Assembly: GCA_001782235.1 (NCBI GenBank)
Contig: MFOC01000007.1
Coordinates: forward strand, 86,799 to 150,798
Length of the DNA stretch: 64,000 nucleotides
Source: Candidatus Levybacteria bacterium RIFCSPHIGHO2_02_FULL_40_18
GTDB lineage: Bacteria; Patescibacteriota; Microgenomatia; Levybacterales; GWA1-39-11
Direction of reading: 5' to 3'
Shown: one piece after another, positions 17,632 to 27,195 of the stretch
How the letters are laid out: each line of letters begins with the position of its first letter
How positions within the stretch are numbered: the stretch's first letter is position 1
The notes under the pieces: model-generated
What the model saw: only the letters and a program-made list of their open reading frames with translations
The model's database searches: none
Told to the model about the DNA's origin: nothing
Position numbers and translations under genes: made by a program

Positions 17632-18966
17632 ATGGAAAAGCTCTGGAAGCAAGTTTTAGAAGAAATAGAACTCGAAGTATCAAAACCAATATTTCTCACT
17701 TTTTTCAAACCTACCGTTCTTGTTTCGCTTGAAAACTCCGTAGCAACCATTAATTCTCCAACACATATAACAGCGGAGTACATTGAAAAAAGATATTATT
17801 CTTTAATAAAAAAAGCTCTAGATAAAAAAACAGGACAAAATATAAGTATTATCTTTGCTGCAGGCGGATCCTCTCAGATAAATTTTAAAAGCAATAAGGG
17901 AGTAGGCCCTCTTTTTGTTAGCGACATAGAAAAAGATTCTAAAAAAATGCGGCCTGCAAGAATTAGGCCGGATTATACTTTTGAATCTCTGGCAGTATCA
18001 GACAGCAACCAGCTCGCCTATACGGCGGCTATGACTGTTGCCTCGTCTCCTGGAACAAAATACAATCCTCTTTTTCTTTATGGAACTGTCGGAGTGGGTA
18101 AAACTCATCTTATGAATGCTATAGCGAATAAAATTTTTGACGATAAAAAGAGCTTTAAACCCCTCTATTTAACGACGGAGGAATTCACGAACGAGGTTGT
18201 AGAGGCAATAAGAGATAAAACTACGGCAAATTTGAGAAGAAAATTTAGAAATGTTGATATACTTCTTTTGGATGATATCCAGTTTCTTGCCGGAAAAGAA
18301 AAAGTACAGGAAGAACTTTTTCATACATTTAACACTCTTATTGATAAGGGAAATCAAGTAGTTTTATCTTCCGATAGCCCCCCCCAAGAGCTTAAAAAAA
18401 TAGAAAAAAGATTAGCCTCCCGGTTTGAAGGAGGGCTCTTGGTTGACATAGAACCTCCTGACTTTGAGCTAAGATGCGCTATTTTATTAATAAAAAGCAG
18501 AAAATACGGCTTAAACCTAAGTCTTGAAGCTGCAAAAATTATTGCTGAGAAAATTGAGGACACGCGCGCACTCGAGGGGTTTTTGCTAAGACTTTCCTCT
18601 GTTTCTCAAGAAACTGACGATATCGATTTTGACCATGTTCTCTCTATTCTTAAGAAGAATAAAACATCCCCAGTTGTCTTTCATCCAGACACGATTGTTT
18701 CTACCGTCTGTTCTTTTTATAATATAAAACCAACACAGTTAAAAGGGGCAAAAAGAGATTCTTTTTTGGTAAGGCCAAGACATATTTGCATGTATCTTCT
18801 TAAAGAGGAGGCGGGCCTCACTTATGTTGAGATTGGAAATCTTCTTGGGGGTCGCGACCATTCAACCGTAATACATGCTGTGGAAAAGATTGGGAAACTT
18901 GCCTCTTCGTCTGATAAGACCCGTGAGGAAATTATGTTTATAAAAGGAAAAATAAAAGAATTTTAA
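17632..18966 (+). CDS. dnaA: chromosomal replication initiator DnaA
   Basis: AAA+ Walker A GTVGVGKTHL, box VII, and C-terminal DnaA-box-binding domain (ICMYLLKEE...LGGRDHSTVIHA). The ORF track starts at TTG 17554, which is the -35 hexamer. ATG 17632 (MEKLWKQVLEEIE) is the plausible start. Confidence 0.9.
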   Translation: MEKLWKQVLEEIELEVSKPIFLTFFKPTVLVSLENSVATINSPTHITAEYIEKRYYSLIKKALDKKTGQNISIIFAAGGSSQINFKSNKGVGPLFVSDIEKDSKKMRPARIRPDYTFESLAVSDSNQLAYTAAMTVASSPGTKYNPLFLYGTVGVGKTHLMNAIANKIFDDKKSFKPLYLTTEEFTNEVVEAIRDKTTANLRRKFRNVDILLLDDIQFLAGKEKVQEELFHTFNTLIDKGNQVVLSSDSPPQELKKIEKRLASRFEGGLLVDIEPPDFELRCAILLIKSRKYGLNLSLEAAKIIAEKIEDTRALEGFLLRLSSVSQETDDIDFDHVLSILKKNKTSPVVFHPDTIVSTVCSFYNIKPTQLKGAKRDSFLVRPRHICMYLLKEEAGLTYVEIGNLLGGRDHSTVIHAVEKIGKLASSSDKTREEIMFIKGKIKEF

Positions 18967-19151
18967 TTTTATTAACAAAACATGCACATGTTTATCTACA
19001 AAATATGCACAAAAAAATACGCATTGCCTTGTGGTTTTTTCCAGATATCAACACCCCCTACTACTAATACTAATATAATTATATTGCTGCATTGTTCAAT
19101 TGTTTTTATTGTTATACATATATTAATAAAGCCGTATAATAATATAATTTT
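18967..19151. other. candidate oriC / DNA-unwinding region in the dnaA-dnaN spacer
   Basis: 185-nt strongly AT-rich spacer with DnaA-box-like 9-mers (TTATCTACA, TGTGGTTTT). This is the canonical origin position. Confidence 0.45.
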
Positions 19152-20249
19152 ATGAAAGTCGAATTTTTAATAGAAAATATTGAAAAATTTTTACCCCTAG
19201 TTTCTAAAATTATTCCTATTCATTCACAAATTCCTATTCTTTCAAATATTCTTCTTGAGGCAACAAAGCAAGGATTTTATATAAGCGTTACAAACCTAGA
19301 AATAGGAGCAAGAATTAAAATACCGGCAAAAATTGAAGAGATGGGAGCAACAACAGTTCCAGGAAGACAGTTCGTTGAAACACTCTCATCATTACCGAAA
19401 GACAAAGCATTATTGTTTCTAGAAAAAGATGCTTTAAAAATAAAATGCAGAGGCAATAATATTACTTTTCAAACAATTACAAGAGACGAGTTCCCAAATG
19501 TTCTTGATGAGAAGGGAGAAAAAAAACGTACCTTTTCAGAAGAAGAGATGAGGAGTATATTTGAAAAGTTAATAATAGCAGTCTCGCAAGATGACTCAAG
19601 GCCAGAGCTTACGGGAATATTGTTTTCTCAAAGAGATGGAAAAACAGATTTTGTTGCAACTGACGGATTTCGTCTCTCGTTAAAGAAGATGAAGAAAGAG
19701 AAAATGCTTTTAGGTCAGGAGTCAATAATTCTCCCCGCAAGATTAATTCTGGAGGCTATGGGCCTTCCTGGAGAAACATCTTTATATATTTACAAAAAAG
19801 GCAACCAGGTAGTTTTGGAAAACGATGAAACCCTTCTTATCGGGAGACTAATAAATGGCGAGTTCCCAAACTATGAAAGGGTAATTCCAACGTCTTTTAA
19901 AACAAGTATAACTTTAGATGTCCAAGAGCTTTTGCAAAAGTTAAGACTCGCATCCGTTTTTGCAAGAGACGCGGCAAATATTATCAGGTTAATAATATCA
20001 GAGGGTAAAGTGAAAATAACAGCCCGGGCAAGTGGTATAGGTGAGGGCGAGGCAATTATTGAGGGAGAACAGGAAGGAGAAGATAATGAAATAGCCTTTA
20101 ATATAAAGTTTTTAATAGATCTTTTGAAAAACACTCAGGAAAAGACATTGGTGATGGAACTTTCAAGCCCTGTTGAGCCGGCGACATTCAAGATCCCCGA
20201 GGACCCCGACTTTTTGCACATTATAATGCCCGTGCGTGTCCAAGAATAA
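19152..20249 (+). CDS. dnaN: DNA polymerase III beta sliding clamp DnaN
   Basis: Three-domain clamp collinearity, immediately downstream of dnaA. Confidence 0.9.
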   Translation: MKVEFLIENIEKFLPLVSKIIPIHSQIPILSNILLEATKQGFYISVTNLEIGARIKIPAKIEEMGATTVPGRQFVETLSSLPKDKALLFLEKDALKIKCRGNNITFQTITRDEFPNVLDEKGEKKRTFSEEEMRSIFEKLIIAVSQDDSRPELTGILFSQRDGKTDFVATDGFRLSLKKMKKEKMLLGQESIILPARLILEAMGLPGETSLYIYKKGNQVVLENDETLLIGRLINGEFPNYERVIPTSFKTSITLDVQELLQKLRLASVFARDAANIIRLIISEGKVKITARASGIGEGEAIIEGEQEGEDNEIAFNIKFLIDLLKNTQEKTLVMELSSPVEPATFKIPEDPDFLHIIMPVRVQE

Positions 20250-20251
20250 AT

Positions 20252-20755
20252 TTAATAAGTTTCCCCCTCTTCAGCGTCAGGAATAGGGGGGGAAGATGTA
20301 TTAAGCTCATAAATAAATGGAGGATATAGGGCTGATCCTTCTGTTGATTTTGTTTCTTGCGTAACTGTGATTTTTGTCCTTCCTTCCGCCCAAGAGATAG
20401 CAGGGGTGATTATCAATGAGTTTGGAACAGTGCCTTGCCGGACAGATGTTTTAACAAAAGGTTCAACAGTGTACTTTAAGTTTTCTGGGATTACAACACC
20501 ACTAAACAAAAATTCTACTGGTTGAAAAGTTAAGTAGAAAAGATCAGAGGATTGACGAGGTGAAGATCTAATAACTTGAAAAGTTTTTACCTGCGGCCCA
20601 AGTGTTGGGGAAGAGGTTATTTCTCTGGTTGGTTCGGGTGTGGTTTCGGTCCGGGGCACATAGGGTCTCAAAATTAAAGACAAAAGCAGGAAAAAAACGG
20701 GTATTACGATAATAAATAAAACAATGAATAAGTATATGGTTTTTATTTTTTTCAT
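20252..20755 (-). CDS. hypothetical membrane-anchored secreted protein
   Basis: N-terminal TM/signal anchor and a Thr/Pro-rich linker. Last gene of the T4SS-like operon. Confidence 0.5.
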   Translation of the reverse strand: MKKIKTIYLFIVLFIIVIPVFFLLLSLILRPYVPRTETTPEPTREITSSPTLGPQVKTFQVIRSSPRQSSDLFYLTFQPVEFLFSGVVIPENLKYTVEPFVKTSVRQGTVPNSLIITPAISWAEGRTKITVTQETKSTEGSALYPPFIYELNTSSPPIPDAEEGETY

Positions 20756-20764
20756 TTTATAAAT

Positions 20765-22981
20765 TTATAAACAAAAATTTGCCGCAGTATCAATAGGTTT
20801 TCTTCCTCCTGTTCCGAGAGAGGCAAACTCAAAATGAACATGATTACAATTGGGATTGTTTGTACAAATTTTGGCCCCAACATCCCCTGATTTTCCCTCT
20901 GAAGTGCCGCTTCCCTGGTCTACATGATGGAATCTAAGCCAGTAGAGCTTACTGGAAGGGCTTGTTCCTCTATACTCTATTATATAACCGACGCCGCTAT
21001 TAGTCCTATCTTCGGAAAGTAGTATCCAGTCAAGAATCTCCCCATCAATTTTTGGAAAATACACATTTTGCCCAGGAGGGCCGGGTATGTCTTCTGCGTA
21101 GTGTATATCTTCATATATGCATAGTTCGGGCGCAGGATAGTTGAGGCCGCAATGCCCGCATTCGCTTCTTGGTGTGAACTCGCTTCCGCAGGAAACAGTA
21201 GATGCAGTTGCTCCCGGAATCGGGCATGTAGCTGAAAACAATGGCCCTGAGGGTGGTGCAACTTCGATCAGCGCGCCATAAGACCCTGCCGGAACAAGTT
21301 TTTCATACCAAAATCTTATATTCGGAGGGAAGTTTGGATTTTGTGCGAATGTACAAGGCGCATCATGCCCGTCACTGTACCTACACATAAAATCAGCAAA
21401 TCTATCATTTGATAAAAAACCGAAACTAATAAAAACACAAGCGAGGCTTTTATTAATATCATCATTTTGCTGACCCGGTGCGCACCCAAGTGGGTCTGCG
21501 GCAGGCACCCCTTGCGCCCCCGACTCCTCAATCCATAGAGCAAGAAGAAACGCAGGATTCCATCCGTTTGCAACTGCCTGCGACACAATGGTATCCCAAT
21601 TGCCAATCTTTGCATCGGGCCAGTTAGCAGTGATTTGTCCGCGAATATCTTGCGGGATTACGTTTGGGTCACGAAAGGGTATAGAGTAGTTAAGTCCTGC
21701 CGCCTGTTGTCCTCCATCTCCAGGGCCGGTCCCCTGACCCCCTCCTCCCCCGCCTCCAAGACCAAGGCTGGGAGCAAAATTGCCTGGGTTAAATATAATA
21801 ATGAATAATGCAAGAGCAAAAATTACAAGAAGACCAATTCCTGCCCATCCGATAGGCGTGAGTTTTGCGAAAAAGCCAAGCGGCTGTGTTGCTGTTTGTT
21901 CAACTATTCGTCCCGCTGTTTGGACATTGCTTAACAAAGATGGGAGTTTGTTAATCCGATCCACTAAGCCCCTTCCAAGCCTTGATCCCGGAGCGCTTCT
22001 TATAGGCGTAGTGCCTATAGGTTTCTCAAGCGGAATATATAATTTATGGGGAGGGACAGCAGGTTTTATGGCTTCAAGTCTTTTTGTTGCTTCCGAAACC
22101 GATATTTTTGGAGCCTCGCGCTTAGCCTTTTCTACGTACTTTATTTCTTTCCCCGTGCTCTCTTGGAAAGACCGAAGACTTCTTTGAATACTCTCTCTTT
22201 CGACGGTTCTCCGTATATCATTATTGCTTGCTTGGTAAGCGCTAGATTTAGTAGGGTATTGCTTTGCAAACCTATCCCACTCCCGACTCTTGATCTTCTT
22301 TTCAATCTCGTCCCAATTCTCTTCGAGCTTTCCCGCTTCAAAAAGAGCTTTTCTTGCCTTAATGTGCTCGTCTATATTGCTCTTCGCTCGATTAACAGCG
22401 GGATCTTCATCAAGGGTTTTATAAATCTTTTTTGCGCGCTCGTCATAATATGCTGCCCGGCTTTTGTTTTTTTCGCGAAATTGTCTCTCGGCATCGCTAC
22501 GAAGCGTTGGAGCATCTGGGTTGTCCAAATTGCCATAGCGATAATCTAACCATTCGTGGCTCTCAGAGGTCTTCCCGGGATTATTTTTCTGCCACTCTTT
22601 TGCTAAATTCTCCTCTATTTTTTTAAACTTAGGGTCATCCTCCAATAGATCTGGCCGCCGCCGGATAAAGAAAAGAGGAGACGCTAGAAGTCCTGCAAAA
22701 TTTGCAAAACCCCCCTGCCCTCGAGCGGTTTCTTGTGGAGCTTCAGGTTCTTGCGTGGGTATTGTTGAAATAGCCTCAAGGATTTGACTTCCTATCCAAA
22801 TACGTTCTAGTTTGTTTGGATCAACGCTCAGGTCATTTGCGCGAAGATATGCCGCCAGTTCTGCGCGAGTTTTAAAAGGAGGTACGCGGTTTTCTTTTAG
22901 ATACTCATTTGTTTCTATTGCATAGCTTTGAGCGCGCTCACGGTTATTCTTTATAAATTTTGAAATATTGTCCATTGGCAA
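20765..22981 (-). CDS. membrane-anchored cell-wall hydrolase (SLT-like + M23-like motifs), VirB1-analogue candidate
   Basis: About 360-aa cytoplasmic charged N-terminal region, one TM (GWAGIGLLVIFALALFIIIF), a Gly-rich linker, then NGWNPAFLLALWIEESGAQG (lytic-transglycosylase-like E-S), then ...LRFHHVDQGSG...NCNHVHFEFAS (M23 HxxxD / HxH-like). Confidence 0.5.
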   Translation of the reverse strand: MPMDNISKFIKNNRERAQSYAIETNEYLKENRVPPFKTRAELAAYLRANDLSVDPNKLERIWIGSQILEAISTIPTQEPEAPQETARGQGGFANFAGLLASPLFFIRRRPDLLEDDPKFKKIEENLAKEWQKNNPGKTSESHEWLDYRYGNLDNPDAPTLRSDAERQFREKNKSRAAYYDERAKKIYKTLDEDPAVNRAKSNIDEHIKARKALFEAGKLEENWDEIEKKIKSREWDRFAKQYPTKSSAYQASNNDIRRTVERESIQRSLRSFQESTGKEIKYVEKAKREAPKISVSEATKRLEAIKPAVPPHKLYIPLEKPIGTTPIRSAPGSRLGRGLVDRINKLPSLLSNVQTAGRIVEQTATQPLGFFAKLTPIGWAGIGLLVIFALALFIIIFNPGNFAPSLGLGGGGGGGQGTGPGDGGQQAAGLNYSIPFRDPNVIPQDIRGQITANWPDAKIGNWDTIVSQAVANGWNPAFLLALWIEESGAQGVPAADPLGCAPGQQNDDINKSLACVFISFGFLSNDRFADFMCRYSDGHDAPCTFAQNPNFPPNIRFWYEKLVPAGSYGALIEVAPPSGPLFSATCPIPGATASTVSCGSEFTPRSECGHCGLNYPAPELCIYEDIHYAEDIPGPPGQNVYFPKIDGEILDWILLSEDRTNSGVGYIIEYRGTSPSSKLYWLRFHHVDQGSGTSEGKSGDVGAKICTNNPNCNHVHFEFASLGTGGRKPIDTAANFCL

Positions 22982-22991
22982 GACAAGCTAT

Positions 22992-25049
22992 CTATGAAGA
23001 AACTATTTTTATTCCTTGAGAGCTTTCATCTAGGTTGGCTTGCGAAATTTTTTCTTGCTCTTGAACGGGAGACGTGTTAGCAGGGGGGGCTGTCATATCT
23101 TGCGCCTGTGTCTCTGGTTGCTCTCCGGGAGCGGATTGAGCGTCAGCGATGGAGGCATCCTCGCTGACAGGCGTGGGCGACGTAGCGGTGGCTGCCTCTT
23201 CTTCATGGGCAAGAATATCTTGAGGTTTTGAGGTGATCAGATCATATTCATATTGTGACGCTATGAACTGCGCGGTTACATGGTTTTGTCCTGCAAAAAG
23301 AAGTCCTTCCCCAACCTGGGCGGTTACTAAAAATTGTTTCTCTCCTTCTGATAAAAATAACGTTTTTGCCAAAACTTCAACTTCTGACGAGTTCTGTTTC
23401 AAGAGAATTTGGACTGAGGAGTTTGAAAGAATAGACTTTCCATAGTCGCTTGACAGGAAATCTTCAATATCCTGAGTAAGGGTTGTCACGCCAAGAAAAT
23501 ATTTTCTTGCGCGCTTTGCTATCCCTTGCAAAAAGGAGGCAGAATCAGGATGCTTCATAAGATACCATGCCTCATCAACCACCAAAATTCTTTTCTTAAG
23601 TTTTGTTCTGACGCGATTCCAAATAAAATCTAAAACCACGTGCATTGCAATTGGACGCAAAACATCCTCGAGCTGTTTAAGAGAAAAGACGGTTAATTGA
23701 TTTTTTATGTTGTAATTCGTCTGCTGATTAAATAGCCCAGAGAATCCACCTTTTACATATTTTTCAAGACGGAAAGAGAGATCCCTTGCCTCCGGCTCCT
23801 CCATATTAAGTAAGGTTTTATAAAGGTCCTCCAAGATCGGCGGCTCGTTTTTGTAGGTTGCAGGATCCGGCGTTATTCCCTTTTGCTTGTAACAAAGAAC
23901 AATCGCTCTATCTAAAATTGCCTCTTGTGTTGGAGACATCTCCCCAAGCATTGTTTTTAGGAGTCCGTGAAGAGATAATATTTTTATTCCAAGCTGGGCA
24001 TCTGTCATGTCTTCTTGGAGAAGGGCAAACGGGTTAATTTTTACCTCAGAACTTTTTGAGAAGTTTATATATTCGCCATCCAAAGCATGACATAAGGTTT
24101 TGTATTCATCTTCGGGATCTATTATTAAAATCTCGGCGTCAAACATCATTTGCCGCAAAATTTCAAGCTTTACCAAAAAAGATTTTCCGGCGCCCGATTT
24201 TCCAAAGACCACTTCATTTGCATTCTCAAAAGAAAAGCGGTCAACAATCGCAAGCGAATTATTTATGGTATTCACGCCATATAGAATTCCGTTTGGATGG
24301 GAAATTTCATAAGACGTAAATGGAAAAGTTGAAGCCAAAGACGTTGTGTCCATATTGCGGGTTATAAATAGCTTGTCGATTCCTGCTGGAAGACAGGTTT
24401 TGAATCCGTCTTCCATCTGAAGCGTTGCGGGTTTTACAACCAAAAGGTTTGAGGAAAGCAAAGACTGAAGTTCTTTGGTTTTTATATCTAAATTCTCAAC
24501 TGAATCTGCTGCCAGGGTTATATATAGACCAAATTGGAAAAACCGTTCAAGACCTCGCGCTAGCTCTTCTCGGAGCGCTATAGCATCTTCAAGCCCCGCC
24601 TGAATTTTAGGATCCGGCTCAAGCCCCTGTTCCGCATCTGACTGAAGTGTTGCCTCCATCTCGGAGATTTTCCTTCGCAGGTTTCCCAAAACATCCTTGC
24701 TTTCAACCGGATATACAAACATTGATATGTTCATTGTTTCTTTATAGTCAATAAGAATTGAGAGCCAGTTTGGAGAAACCTGACGAGGGTAATCTACAAC
24801 AAAAAACGTTCTGAAAAACTTATCGCCAACTCTTATATTTTTAAAATCTACCTCAACTGAGGAGGGGGATATAAGGTCAACAACAGAAACCGAGCCTGAC
24901 TTGAGAGCATTATATCCTTGCGAGGAGGCGCGTTTTTGAGCAGGCCCCGCACCGTCCCGGTGCGGGGCAGGGACTTTCTGGATCTGAGCGTTAGCGGCGG
25001 TTGGATCCGATATAGCCTGTGTCTGTTGTTTTTTATCTTCATCAAACAT
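22992..25049 (-). CDS. VirB4/TrbE/CagE-family type IV secretion ATPase (ATPase body)
   Basis: Walker A FGKSGAGKSF, Walker B ILVVDEAWYLM, and N-terminal FFVVDYPRQVSPNWLSIL CagE_TrbE_VirB-like segment. Confidence 0.75.
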   Translation of the reverse strand: MFDEDKKQQTQAISDPTAANAQIQKVPAPHRDGAGPAQKRASSQGYNALKSGSVSVVDLISPSSVEVDFKNIRVGDKFFRTFFVVDYPRQVSPNWLSILIDYKETMNISMFVYPVESKDVLGNLRRKISEMEATLQSDAEQGLEPDPKIQAGLEDAIALREELARGLERFFQFGLYITLAADSVENLDIKTKELQSLLSSNLLVVKPATLQMEDGFKTCLPAGIDKLFITRNMDTTSLASTFPFTSYEISHPNGILYGVNTINNSLAIVDRFSFENANEVVFGKSGAGKSFLVKLEILRQMMFDAEILIIDPEDEYKTLCHALDGEYINFSKSSEVKINPFALLQEDMTDAQLGIKILSLHGLLKTMLGEMSPTQEAILDRAIVLCYKQKGITPDPATYKNEPPILEDLYKTLLNMEEPEARDLSFRLEKYVKGGFSGLFNQQTNYNIKNQLTVFSLKQLEDVLRPIAMHVVLDFIWNRVRTKLKKRILVVDEAWYLMKHPDSASFLQGIAKRARKYFLGVTTLTQDIEDFLSSDYGKSILSNSSVQILLKQNSSEVEVLAKTLFLSEGEKQFLVTAQVGEGLLFAGQNHVTAQFIASQYEYDLITSKPQDILAHEEEAATATSPTPVSEDASIADAQSAPGEQPETQAQDMTAPPANTSPVQEQEKISQANLDESSQGIKIVSS

Positions 25050-25170
25050 AATTTATTTAATTCAAAACTCAAAAGTCAAAAGTTAAAAATTAAAGTTAAA
25101 ATTTAAAAGTGTTTTTAATACTTTTTACTTTTGAATTGCAATTTTGAATTTTGCATTTTGACTTTTAACT

Positions 25171-25845
25171 TTACAATATTACATTCTTAATATCATTCGA
25201 ATCAAAATCCAAAGTAATAAACTCCTGATTGAATAGTTCATAGTAAAGCTTTATAAGCTCATTAGTTGAAAGTGGTCGAGCAGAGAGTCCCATTCTCTCA
25301 ACTTGCGTAGTAACATTGTTTCTTTTTGAAATAAGCGCTGATTTTACCCTCTCATTTAATGCCAGGTTTTTTTTGTCCGTTGTTTTCGCTTGTGCAGCAG
25401 AGGCTACCCCAAGCTCCAGTTGAGAAAACGGGATTACAATATAAATCTTTTTGTCTAAAAGTCCCTCACCCTTTATCAGATCTTTTATAAAATCTCTATA
25501 TAATGTTAATTGTTCCTTGACCTTAGGGTTTTGGATTCCTGCTATTTTATCCTCGATTAGTTTTATGTAACTGACAAGATCTACGCGCCGTGAGACAATC
25601 AATATTTGAATAGATGAAGAGAGAGAATTAAGAAGAGACATGTAGCCATAGATTCTTGCGTTTTGTTCATCTTGTGAGAGAAGGAAAAAATTAACGGACG
25701 AAACTTCCATAATCATACAAGCATTGCCGCCTTTTAAGAAGACAATATCGTCCTGGATGTCAACAATCTCAGTAAAATCTTGCGTGCTTGAGTGAATCTT
25801 TGACTTAGCCATAATCGATATAGAAATTGGTTGTAGGATTTCCAT
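25171..25845 (-). CDS. VirB4 N-terminal-domain protein (separate ORF)
   Basis: LKGGNACMIMEVSSVNFFLLSQDEQNARIYGYMSLLNSL..IQILIVSRRVD aligns with the VirB4 N-terminal region (LEDGSIMSIARIDGVAFELEE..NARCRAFNTLLRNIAD.HVSIYAHLVRH). It is out of frame with the downstream ATPase ORF. Confidence 0.5.
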   Translation of the reverse strand: MEILQPISISIMAKSKIHSSTQDFTEIVDIQDDIVFLKGGNACMIMEVSSVNFFLLSQDEQNARIYGYMSLLNSLSSSIQILIVSRRVDLVSYIKLIEDKIAGIQNPKVKEQLTLYRDFIKDLIKGEGLLDKKIYIVIPFSQLELGVASAAQAKTTDKKNLALNERVKSALISKRNNVTTQVERMGLSARPLSTNELIKLYYELFNQEFITLDFDSNDIKNVIL

Positions 25846-25880
25846 TACTAATTTCCATTTTCCAATAACTATTTTCTAGT

Positions 25881-26954
25881 CTATGCTGTTGCTTGGACTC
25901 CGCCGAATAGTTCGCGTCTTAGTTTCTCACGTGCGTCGATTGACGTAGTTTCTAGTGGATTAAAAATCTCGCCGTTCAAAGTAATTTCCGTTGCTTCAAA
26001 TTCATGATTTTTCTGTGGGTCCTCAAAATAGATTTTATAGGTGCCGTTTTGAAGCTGAGTAGCAGAGGCAAATTGTCCAAGAGCATTTGTTTTAAAGGCC
26101 CTAACCGGAATGCCGTTTGAGTCAATTACCTCAACTAAAATATTAGGCAAGGTTTTACCTCGTGCATCACGGATAATTCCAAGCACTACATTGGGGACAT
26201 CGGGTAGAGTTGGAAAGCCTCCGGTAAGGCTTGGATTTGCACGCACAGGGGTTGGCTGTGGCAGAGTTGTTTCTTTTGGAATTTCATGCCGAGTTTCCTT
26301 CATTGAAAATTCAGCGTCCCCAGCCTCTTTTTTGGGGACAGGCGGGGGGCGTTGAGCTTCCTTTGCGATTTCATCAAGTCTTTTTTTGTTCAGCTCCGAA
26401 GCCGTGTTTTCTTGATTTACCACCATAGGACTTCCTAAAACCGGCGGAGTAGAGACCGCACTTGATCCGTTTGTAAAATAGCTATTGATGGTGTCCAATA
26501 TGCGAGTTTCTGATTGATCCGGACGGAAAGGAGAATTTCTGAGTCTGCTTAATAAAACTGCTCTTTTTTCATCTTGTGGATTCGCAACCTTTGCTATCCC
26601 GCCTTGGCGGGGGGCACCTTGCTTTTTGGGAAGCTCGCCAAACACTTGAAACGTTGCCAGATTTGCACCCCTTTTTCTATATAGATAGCGATTTTCAGAA
26701 GGAATTGCTTTTGCAAAGTTGACGAGCATTACATCCATTGGTCTTCCTTCAATTGGAACAAATGCAAGAGCAACTCCTACAAGCGCAAAAGCCGCCATAG
26801 TTGGAGCTTTAATTAAAATATTGATTGGAAGTACAAAAGCAACAGTTGTTAAAATTCCAAATCCGAGAAGATATAAAAATTGCTTTACAGTAATGCTTCC
26901 AATGAGTTTAAACTTGAAACCCGTAACATCTTGCGGAATAGGGTGATTTTCCAT
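25881..26954 (-). CDS. VirB3/PrgI-like membrane protein with Pro-rich linker and C-terminal Ig-/transthyretin-like domain
   Basis: Two N-terminal TM helices immediately upstream of VirB4, which is the VirB3 position. The C-terminal domain (TLPNILVEVIDSNGIPVRAFKTNALGQFA..) looks CarboxypepD_reg-like. Confidence 0.4.
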   Translation of the reverse strand: MENHPIPQDVTGFKFKLIGSITVKQFLYLLGFGILTTVAFVLPINILIKAPTMAAFALVGVALAFVPIEGRPMDVMLVNFAKAIPSENRYLYRKRGANLATFQVFGELPKKQGAPRQGGIAKVANPQDEKRAVLLSRLRNSPFRPDQSETRILDTINSYFTNGSSAVSTPPVLGSPMVVNQENTASELNKKRLDEIAKEAQRPPPVPKKEAGDAEFSMKETRHEIPKETTLPQPTPVRANPSLTGGFPTLPDVPNVVLGIIRDARGKTLPNILVEVIDSNGIPVRAFKTNALGQFASATQLQNGTYKIYFEDPQKNHEFEATEITLNGEIFNPLETTSIDAREKLRRELFGGVQATA

Positions 26955-27134
26955 AATAACGATTTTCGCTGATTTTTTAGCTGATTTACGCCGATCTGCG
27001 GCAATCCGCCATTAATCCGCGAGAATCCTATAGCTGATAGATCAAAATGACCAATAGGTCTATCTATTAGTTATTAAGACTCTTCCGTATAAACAGGTTA
27101 CTATGTGAAAATTCTGAATGCAAGATTATCAAAA

Positions 27135-27170
27135 TATGTCAGAACCGCGTCAGACGCGGTCAGACTAGAG
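27135..27170 (-). terminator. intrinsic terminator after ORF 27196..28539
   Basis: Minus-sense hairpin GACCGCGTCTGACGCGGTTC followed by a U-rich tract. Confidence 0.4.
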
Positions 27171-27195
27171 GAAAATTAAAGCTTTCTCGTGAAAA

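Noticed and set aside
25050-25170. Possible CRISPR-like array from the short A/T repeats
   Set aside because: The units are irregular and 5-8 nt long, and the two halves are inverted copies. No repeat-spacer periodicity and no cas genes.
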